Below, one piece after another: positions 46,301-55,776 of a stretch of 55,776 nt of DNA. Both the position numbers and the translations under genes were made by a program. The DNA comes from Hydrurus foetidus (taxonomy: Eukaryota), in NCBI GenBank assembly GCA_900617105.1, contig UYFQ01000604.1, forward strand, positions 1 to 55,776, written 5' to 3'. Positions within the stretch are counted from its first letter, which is position 1, and each line of letters begins with the position of its first letter. The notes beneath the pieces are model-generated. The model saw only the letters and a program-made list of their open reading frames with translations. It searched no databases and was not told where the DNA came from.

Positions 46301-49300
46301 AAAATCAATCGGAAAAGATTTTCAAATGAGAGATATAAAAAAGATTCAGAATCTTCTTTGAATGAAGGGCACATAGGAAGATAAAAAATATTAAGTCAGT
46401 ACTTACCCGCTCTTGAATAGCTGTGTATAGAAAGTCTTCCTTTGCTGTGCATGAAAGTGTAGCAGTTGTCGCAGTAAAAATCTTCGCACTGTATGCAGTA
46501 CTTACTACCCATCTGCATAGAAAAAGAGGGTCGTATTCAATCAAAGAGGACTTAGCGTAATAGCATAGTGTAGTGCAGTATAGATTTGTCTCATCACTAT
46601 TCTTCTTTTCCTTTTTTACCCTCTCTACTCTACTCTACTCTACTCTACTCTACTCTACTCTACTCTACTCTACTCTACTCTACTCTACTCTACTCTATTC
46701 TCCTCTATTCAACTCTCCTCTATTCTCCTCTCCTTTCCTCTATTCTACTCTAAATTACTCTACTCTATTCTACTCTACATTACTCTATTCTATTCTTATC
46801 TCATCTGATATCACCTCACCTTACCTTTACTCGCTTTATTTAACCATTTTACTTTGTCAAATTTATCACATCACATCAAATCACATCACATCACGTCACA
46901 TCTCTTCCTCTCTTTCCTCTTCACTGTATTTCTTCTTTCCTGTTTACCTGGAATTCGCATTGCACACAGGCAGGCAATTCAAATGGCACGTGGCCTTGAC
47001 GCGCCTCACCTGTGCACGTACGTACGTGCGAATATACGAATATAAAAATACAGATTCAAAGTTGATGCAATGAATGTAAAAAATACAATAGATGGAATAA
47101 ATAAAATCAAACAGAATTGATAAGGGAAGAAGTATGGAATCTTAAAAATGATATTTAGTGTAATCAAATAGAAATGAAAGCACAGAGTGTGACAGGAATA
47201 GGTTGAAGTGTTGTGTGTAATAACATCGAATAAGATGGAACCAAAGCTAAATTAGAATAGTATCGATTAGATGAGAATGTGTAAGATCAAAATGTGTTCA
47301 AAATAAAAAGATAATCTGTCATGAAAATTGAAATATGCAGAAGGAAGAAAAACATTTTCAAATTCTTACTTTTATGAATGTTCTGGTAGCACTTACGACA
47401 CGTGGAGATATTGCATAAATGGCAAAATAACTTCGCTTGTCTTGTGTCGCATATAGTACAAGATTCAATGAATTCTTCATCTTTACTAGGCATCAGAATG
47501 GGATATCCAGAATCCGTATTTTGAAGCAATTTCGGTTTTTTCCAAAAGGATTTCCGTGTACGAGGATTATACCAAAATTCTGCATTCGTTTCTAAATCTA
47601 TGTATTTCCGAAATACTTCTTGACTTCTCTTCATGGCAATCAGTATACCAACATATTGTCTGTATTTCTTTTGAATTAGAATACACGCACATAACATCAC
47701 ATACTCAATATTCTCTTTTTTTAATCTTGCTACTTTATCACGTTTTTTTCTTACATAACGGTAATATATGTAAAACCGTTGGATAATTTCCGTATTTTTC
47801 TCTACTACGGATAATGCTTGACGGAATGCAGAATAAGAAAATTTCTTTTCTTTCTTCCCTGAATGTGAGAGTGAATTTGTATTTTCGTTTTCGTATTTTT
47901 CTTCTTTATTATCAATATCTTTTACGATTTTTTTATATTCCACTAAACCGTGAAAAAAATCTAAAATGAATTTTATCAATAAAGCTGATTTTCCGTTTAG
48001 CATAGCATAGCGAAAGGAAGATATCGTTTGCTCAGCTATTACTTTATTTGCACCTTTAACCCTAATATGCGGATCAGATACAGTGTTAGGGGTGTTTTTT
48101 GTGTTATCATCAGTACTATTATCTATATCTTGATTATCGTGACTATCATTACTGTTCTTATAATCTTTATTATCATCACTATGAGTATGATTTCTACTAT
48201 TCTTGATGCTGTAACTATGGCTACTCTCATCGTTCATGCCAACATTATTATCACTATTACCATTATTATAATCATTGTATGAATGAGAGGGAGAAGAGGA
48301 GGAAGAGAAAGGAGAAATAGAAGAAAGGATAGGTAAAGATGTACGATAAGATTCACTATTCGTAACAGATGAAGTGGAAGTGGGACGTTTGTTTGCGGCT
48401 GAAAAAGTTCGTGTTTTTAGTGTGACATTTGCATGCGCATAATTTGCGGAATTTATGTCCAGGGTCCCTGTATACGAACCTATAAAAGTAGGATCAATAT
48501 TTAAGAATTTTATGGCACCCAAATTAGCAACTAATTCGAGGAATCTGACATAGTTAATTTTTTTTTCATTTCGAGCTTTTATTTTACTAAATTGCAAATC
48601 AACGACTTGTAGTGTGAAATTATTATCTAATAAACCTATACAAGATTTTATTAATCGTAGGAATTTAGACAAATCTAGGAATCCTTGCGTGGCGTGAAAT
48701 TTAAAAAATCTCTGAAATTCAAAATATTCATTGTCTATTTGTTTCGATCTTTTCACTTGGTCCCATATAAATCGAACAGGAGAATAGAGGAAAATAGAAG
48801 AGAAGAGAATAAAATAGGATAGAAATGAAGAGAATGGGAATGATGAAGGGTGAGGAGAATAAAATGAAAAATTAATTATACAACGCGTTGGATCAGAACA
48901 GATTAGTGAAATAAAGAATACAATACAATATAATACATTACAACACAACTGCATAGCATAGCATGGAAAACATGTAAGAAACAACAACATATTTCCAAGA
49001 AACAGCATCAGCCTCAAAAGTTCTAATGCATCGCCATTGTCAACATCATGCAATAGAATATTTCAACTTTTTTTCGGAGTTTTTTCTTCTGTAACAAAAT
49101 ACAAGCACTTCAAAATTGCACAAAAAATAAAATAAAAATCAAGTTGAACACTTCGATCCTAGACATATGAACTCTTGATATGTTATGCGAGATACGGGCT
49201 ACTGTACCAATTCTTTGGGATTTCAAAGCAGCTTCGAATTGATGTAAGCCTAAATGAGAAATAAAATAGAAGACAAAATAATGAAGTGAAGTAGAATGAA

Positions 49301-50865
49301 ATCGATTAGAACAGACGTGAATAAGCAGAGCAGAGCAGAGTAGAGTAGAGTAGCGTAGCGGAGAGCAAAGTAAAGTAGAGATAAGATGAAAGAAGGAAAA
49401 ATGAAATAAGTTAAAATAAGATCAAACAAGATAAAATAAGATAAGATAAGTTAAAATAAGATAGGATACAACAAATTAAAGCAAAATAAAACAAGATAAG
49501 ATAAAATAGGATAAATAAAAAAAAAAGACAGAAGATAAAAGAAGGAAACGATAAATGTGCATATTGACTAAAAAAAAGAAGAAAATAGAAGAAAATAGAA
49601 GGGCGTAAAGATAAAGGTAATAATGCTTCTTGCGACTGTCACCTGTGGCAGCCGACTCATTCCGACACCTAAGGGTATTTCTAATCCTTCTCATTTCCCT
49701 CCTTCTACAACCATACAAAGATTGATGTCGAAAAGCACTCAACACTCGTATCGCAGCACTCCTTCTCTCTACCTCGTTCTTCTCATGCAGAAGGCGTCTT
49801 TTTGTGAGGAACATTCTGATGACACTCTGTATTCTGATGACGCTGCTCACACACACTTGCTGTCTGTTCTGAGAACGTTTCACGTGCGTACATACGATTC
49901 TGATGATGACGTCAACAGCTTCCAATTGTTCTGCAGAATATTCGCCTGATGTGTAATTTAATTCACAAAGTTTCTTTCAATATTCTTGGAAATCTGAAAT
50001 CTATCAAGTGCAGAAAGGTGTTACCAAACAGAATGAAATGTCCGGAGTGCAGACTGAAAACAGGTATGAGCAATCTTAAAATAACTATTTGATTTCCACT
50101 TTGAATTAATGTGCATTTTCGGACAAGTTATTCTGTTGCAGTAATACACTACGATGATATCAAGCACCACAATATAATCAACATAATCTATCACATTTGA
50201 TAACGACATAGTGAAATATCTATAAAGCACTATCGCTAGTGTTGAGTAATTCTTCTTGAACTCTTTCAAATACAGTCATCACTTAATAAAATTGCGACCA
50301 TACAAGCTATCAGATCTCAGTTCTTTATATTCTTCATACCTTGGAATCCTGATTGAAAACTTCTCCTAGGACGCAAGATTGCGTTCTGGAACTTTACACA
50401 TCCTTCTGCTACAGTAAGAGTCTGGTTGCTCCTTTTCGATAGTCCCGCATGATATTTACTTCTCACCATGATGTCTGGTGTTTTGGAAAGTCTGGAGCAA
50501 GAGTGGCCTTTGATCATCTTCGCCACCCCATTTCGTTTTGTAGATGGTTTTACAGTCGGTTGAGCGACTAATGCATGTCGAAGAATCCATTTGGACAATT
50601 GCCTATCGCGTTGTTGGTGTTTATACCATCTTAAGCTCAGAAACCATCTCTGAATTCGATGTGCAGCCCCATGCTGCTCGTAATAGAAGGCCACAACATT
50701 TCTCTCGTCAACATATTTTTCCTGTAGCTTCCTTCGGCTGCTGAGGGTTCTCGCTGTTTTCAAAAGCCTTTTTGCGTAATGAATTCGATATGCTCTCTGT
50801 ATGATCGATGTAGAACTTGTTTGGTGCTCAAAAACCAGTGCTGAAGTAACGACTAACTTTCCCAT
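38823..50865 (-). CDS. Large multi-exon protein with IQ motifs, p25alpha/EF-hand-like region, WW domain and B-box zinc fingers (3' end and some boundaries approximate)
   Basis: IQ motifs (IQRAYR, IQSVIR, IQKKYR, IQRVYRG). LDLSKFLRLIK..VDLQFSKIK..KKINYVRF. WW-like FWYNPRTRKSFWKKP. B-boxes CTIC..C..C..C..C..H and spliced CVQCEFQ|MGSKYCIQCEDFYCDNCYTFMHSKG. Colinear exons with GT-AG ends. Could be more than one gene. Confidence 0.7.
39560..40350. repeat. Compound (CATCA)n/(CATTA)n microsatellite, intronic
   Basis: Directly visible; source of the spurious His/Ile/Thr/Ser ORFs. Confidence 0.95.
43359..43454. repeat. (TATG)n microsatellite
   Basis: Directly visible. Confidence 0.9.
46624..46795. 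repeat. (CTACT)n microsatellite
   Basis: Directly visible. Confidence 0.9.
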
Positions 50866-51418
50866 TTGTCTTCTCTCGTTTCAAAATGACGCATCTTTTG
50901 GTCTTATGCAAAAGGTACCAGAACGATTTTTACATGAACCAATTGAACGTTTGCAGAAGAATGAATAATGAATGCTGAAACGATTATTCGTATCTGCGCA
51001 GTCGATTGATCAAACCCTCGTCCCTCGTCAGATTAATTCCTCAATCTGATCTGAAAACCGTGTAAGGAGATTGAACCCCCCTCCCCACACACGCATATCG
51101 ATTTCAAATCTCATGTACACAGGACACAGGAATGAGAACACACCTGAAAATTTGTACTGATGTACATTGCATATGTAATTGAACTTGTAATACAGCGCCT
51201 ATTTCCTTTTAATATGCTGCGTCTATTTATGAGTGTCCGTTCATGTTCGTGCAGTACGCTGCATATGAATTGGTTGATCGGATTTCACTTGATTATTTCG
51301 TTTCGGTTCATTCGAGGCTTCGAGAGGGAGCCAGAATACCGATCTCGACTGTCTATTATCAAAGTAAAGGAAGCAGTCTTCGTCAGTCTGCTGCCATAGC
51401 TTCGATGGGCCCGCTCTG

Positions 51419-51559
51419 AAAATTAAATCTAGCCTTAATGGAGTATTTACATTAGAGTGGTGAAAAAATGGGGCATAAAAAAGGAAAAATTAAATCTAGC
51501 CTTAATGGAGTATTTACATTAGAGTGGTGAAAAAATGGGGCATAAAAAAGGAAAAATTA
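51419..51559. repeat. Exact 67-bp tandem duplication, intergenic
   Basis: AATTAAATCTAGCCTTAATGG...GGGGCATAAAAAAGGAAA occurs at 51421 and again at 51488. Confidence 0.9.
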
Positions 51560-52165
51560 TCATAAATGTAAATGTTAAATAAAGATGGTCGTCGTTTAGG
51601 AAGATCATCTGAAATAGTGATTCGGTCAAGGCGCTGTAAATATTTGCTGACTAGTGCCTTATCATATCAGTGGCTAATGCCTTATTTCTCATTTTTTGTA
51701 TTATACCTGCTCTTATATCGTATCGTATTGTATCATATCATAGAGGAAATTGAATCATCGAACCGATCCATTGCGTTGTTTCACATCTTTAAAACGAGGT
51801 GACACACTTACTTGGGAGGTGGCTAGCTTGTCGTACTACTTGCCAGCTCCCCTTTCTTATCTAATTCTAAGGAGTGCAATCTCTTTCTACACTAAAAAAC
51901 GATTAATGGAGTTTCGTGGAGTCGAGCCAATGTGTTTGATGTATGAGTAAATCAGGGCTCGGTGTCAGTTGAGGTGCACACGGATTGGTGCCCGGTGCGA
52001 TAGGAGGGAGGTTAGATTCCGACGTATGGATGAGTAGCTCGGTTGTTCTACAAGCGAACACAGAGAGGGCATGATGCAACGCGATGCAGTGTGATGCAAG
52101 GCCAAGTCTGTTCGCTGCCGCGTGGTGACTCGAAGAACGGGAGGGAGTGAATGAAACAAGTGAAG

Positions 52166-54494
52166 TTATGCGTCATCATCACCAACAGGTGCAGCAGTAG
52201 GCCTTCTCTGCTTAGTAGGCCGTCTGGTTGGACGGGAACGTTTTTTGGGGGAAGATGGCGACAATGCAGTTGGCATGTCAGTAGGTGTTTGTGTTGGTAA
52301 CGCAGTTGGTGTTGCAGTTGGCTTTGGTTTGCCAGTGGGTTGTTGCGATGGTGCCGATCTTGGGGTTGATGTTGGTGCTGCGTGTGGTTTGTCTGTGGGT
52401 TTTTGCTTTGGTGCCAGCGTTGGTGTCGATCTCGGAGTTGATGTTGGTGCGTCAGTAGGTTTACATGTGGGTTTCTGCATTGGTTTCCGTGTTTCAGTTG
52501 GTGCGTCAGTGGGTTTACATGTGGGTTGAGGCGTTGGTTTCGCTGTTGGAGTTGATGTTGGTGCGTCAGTAGGTTTGAATGTGGGTTTCTGCATTGGTTT
52601 CCGTGTTTCAGTTGATGTTGGTGCGTCAGTGGGTTTACATGTAGGTTTAGGCGTTGGAGCTGATGTTGGTGCGTCAGTAGGTTTACATGTGGGTTTCTGC
52701 ATTGGTTTCCGTGTTTCAGTTGATGTCGGTGCGTCAGTGGGTTTACATGTGGGTTTAGGCGTTGGTTTCTGTGTTGGTGGCGATGTAGGACTTCTTGAAG
52801 GAATGGACGACGTTTTAGTGGTGAATGCTCCACGGTCGGTTGGTACTCTGACTTTGGCTTGCAACTTGGTCGGGTCGGATGTGGGCACAGGCGTTGGCAT
52901 GTCTGTAGGTTTGAAAGACGGCTTCAGTGTTGGGGGCTGGGTGGGTGATCTGGTGGGAGGAGGGGTCGGGACGGGGGTACTCTCTACACTGGGAGACAAT
53001 GTGGGTTGTTTGCTGGGCATGGGTGGGGGTGGTCCTACGGGAGCCATGTCCACGAAGGTGGGGAATGATGTGATGCCGCACATGTTGACACCCTAATAAT
53101 CGGAATGGAGTGATGATGTTATCAATGAAGTGCATCGGGCAGACATAAATGTTCACATCTTCGCGGGATATAGGTCGTGTTACACTTACCAGAGCGAGCT
53201 TCATGTAGCCCTTGTCTCCCCACCAGTCGCCCCAGGAGTTTCGGATGATCCAGTACTCTTCCTCGACGTTCACTCCTACAATGTTGACACCGTGGTTGAT
53301 GGTGGGTTTCCCAACGCAGCTAGAGAAGATGCCGCTCTTGTAAGGACCCCAGATGGTGGAGTCAACAACAACTGCAAGCGTGCCACCTCCCAGGACGTGA
53401 TCGATCATTTTCTGCTCTCCCCACACCGCATAGTTGTTGGCGACCGTGACTGCGAAGTCCCGCTTTGATTTATCGCATGATTCGGCAGGAATGTCGTACG
53501 GGTATACGTTGTCAAAGGTAATGCCACCCGTGTTTTTGACATAGTGGTACGCGGTTTCGGGCCATCCTCCACGGCAGCCGGAATTGTCGTACGTGCTGTA
53601 TATTTCAGATATAAATTAGTGTAGAATATCAGTTCAGGTGCCTTTGAGAGTTAGCAAAATGGCGAATGTGCTTACCATTTGGTCAGTTGTTGCACGGACA
53701 AAATGGTGTCCGGAGTAGTCAGGCCGGCTCTGATGGAGTCAGACTCCATCTGAGCCGTCGCAGAAAAGGCCCTACAATTTGTTCATCAGGTAATGACATT
53801 TGGAGTCATTCAGACGCACTGGAAGACATCATGGCATGCACTTAGACGTAGCTACTGCGTGTTGGAAAAAAATATATGTTCCGTAATGCTTACCAGCAGG
53901 AGCCGCATCCTCCTTGGTCTTTGATGGGAGTTGATAGGATTCCTCTCCAGTCAACAGATGTCGCTGTACCCTTAAATGACTGGACTTCGGCCTCCTGAGT
54001 CAGCTTTCTCTCATGTCCACTGGGTAGCACGGCACCGAGGTATTGATCATGAAACTCCTTTGGAGAGAGATCGGCGAGTTTAGTGATGCCGAATACTGCC
54101 GAGCCGTCGTCCGCTTTTTCAGCCCTGTTAAGAGTGTCGACTTCGACCAAGGTTTTTTTAAAGAGCTTGTATCGCTCCGCTCGCTCCTCCATTGTCGTGT
54201 ACTTGGATGAAAAGAAGTGCGAGGAGTGACTTCAGTGCTATATTGCAGTGCCGCAGATGGGCATTGGCATATCTGGCAGACTCTTACCTCACGTGAATAA
54301 GTGAGCAGAAACTTTTTGAAGAGGAGTTCCATCTTATCTTCTGGAAGAGAGGCGTAAGAAAAGGAACCTTTCTCCGCCATCTCCACTTCCTGCATTGTCA
54401 TGCCTCCATCTGCCGCAAACGCTATAGCGGGTTGAGTTGAGCAGAGAGCTAATAGTACTAGCAGCATCATAGGTGAGTTGAGCGAAGGGACCAT
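52166..54494 (-). CDS. Secreted papain-family (C1A) cysteine protease with I29 prodomain and Pro/Thr/Lys-rich tail; exons approx. 54494-54288, 54201-53894, 53771-53676, 53595-53190, 53092-52166
   Basis: Signal peptide, ERYKLF and FGITKLADLS prodomain motifs, VDWR, catalytic QGGCGSCWAFS, CRGGWP, INHGV, IRNSWG..WGDKGY, NMCGI. All introns are in frame. Confidence 0.93.
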
Positions 54495-55549
54495 ATTGTT
54501 GTAGTTCTGGGTGTAGAGGGCTGTATGCTGTTAAGATGTGGATATATTGTGCCAAAGCTGGTCGCCCTTTTGCTGGTACACAGTTCGACGGTACACGTAG
54601 TAGACTTAATTTGTGGCGATAGAAACAGAAGAGAATCGAATGTGCAACTTGAATTTGAGTTCTGAGTCCGCTGCAAATTTCCGATTTCAGGTCTCGAGGT
54701 GGGAGGGTAGCGGCACGTACGATTTGAATTCGTATTTGAATTAGGGCGAGTTGAGTTGCAAGGAGGGTAAGGGATAGATATGGGAGGAATGCAGAATTCC
54801 ACCTAGTCAGAAAGATAGTCAACTTGTCAGATTGGTTGATAAAAGTCAGATCACGTAGAAGTAGTAACTTTACTGAATGAAGTGGAGAGAGTTCCCATTT
54901 GCCACTTTTCGCTTTTGTCCTGAAGTACACCCATTCTTCAAACACAATATGCTCAAGTGAATGGTGGTAGGACGAGGACGAGGAGAATGGAGAGAGTGAC
55001 GGGTAAGGGAGGAGAGACAGGGTGTGTGTGTGTGTGGGTCTATACTGAGACTTCTGGGATGATATGGTTGATAAACTGCTGCGAAGAATGAATTGTTTTG
55101 AACCGTCTCAAAAGTGAAGGGTGAAGATGTGTACCCCCTTCAGAGATGAGAGAGTTTGTTAATCTAAATTTATCAGGAGGGTTCTTGAATTTGGAATTGT
55201 GTTCAAGCTACGCAAGAAGTGGGATGTGTAATGGATAGACATGAGATAACTTCTCCGATGTATCAGATGACGTTTTGCACGTAGCGTGCTGTACAGCTAT
55301 ATTCTAGACTACCGATTAGCATTTCCTATTGCGTTCTTGATGATAGATTCACGGTGTTCTTTCGACATGTCGAGAATCTAAATCGCCGTGACACCAATCC
55401 CTTATCCTTCCCTGAGCCAAAGATGATGTAGGCATTAAACTGCAACATGTCGATGTCATGTTTGAAGACTTGTAAATAAATCAAAGGTTGAGTCTCTTTA
55501 TTAGAAAAAGTTCATAGGACAGATTACGACATCAATTACGATACATCTC

Positions 55550-55776
55550 TCAGCAAGACAGAATCAAGCCGATTGCCATTGTTACGCGTGTTCTCACATC
55601 AGCTTGATAGCGATAAGAAGGAAGAGCGAAAAAAGTATTGGTAAGACTTATCATAAAACAGACATAGAAATCGGTGATCGAAGATGCAGTCCCAAGGCGT
55701 GGGTGCGAGTAGTTGAGTTGTTCAGGATCGTTGGGAAGAAGTTTCCCCTCTCTCCACTCCATCTCTCCCTCCCTTT
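55550..55776 (-). CDS. Possible exon(s) of a gene entering from beyond the window
   Basis: Open coding-like frame at the window edge (EWREGKLLPNDPEQLNYSHPRLG). No recognisable motif. Confidence 0.25.
   Translation of the reverse strand, partial: REGEMEWREGKLLPNDPEQLNYSHPRLGTASSITDFYVCFMISLTNTFFALPSYRYQADVRTRVTMAIGLILSC

Noticed and set aside
51419..51559. Direct repeats as a possible CRISPR-like array (also the 42-bp duplication at ~41536-41618)
   Set aside because: Only two adjacent copies, no spacers, eukaryotic context: simple tandem duplications.
52048..53096. Overlapping His/Gln-rich and Val/Gly-rich ORFs
   Set aside because: Shadow frames of the Pro/Thr repeat tail of the protease.

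Overview
Intron-rich eukaryotic genomic DNA (GT-AG introns, standard code). It is most likely a flagellated, plastid-bearing stramenopile (ochrophyte/chrysophyte-like), inferred from bipartite plastid-type presequences, ARMC9 and a diatom-CoDi-like copia element. Host genes: V-ATPase subunit B, RlmN-type radical-SAM RNA methyltransferase, an unknown 3-exon protein, a DUF493/YbeD-like protein, ARMC9, a CHY/RING (Pirh2-like) ligase, an ankyrin protein, a large IQ/p25alpha/WW/B-box protein and a papain-family protease with a Pro/Thr/Lys tail. Mobile DNA: a broken pogo-type DD35D transposase, several MITE/foldback elements, and a full-length Ty1/copia retrotransposon (14443-24573, TSD CACAG) with an intact PIF/Harbinger transposon (20706-24565, TSD TTA) nested in the tip of its 5' LTR. 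The main discovery is in the copia element. It has no tRNA-type PBS; instead the 11 nt abutting the 5' LTR are perfectly complementary to an 11-mer inside the LTR, the geometry of Tf1-type self-priming. Its gag-pol junction is a canonical -1 slippery heptamer overlapping both the gag stop and a perfect splice donor. All calls are from reading the sequence by eye; no database searches were run.
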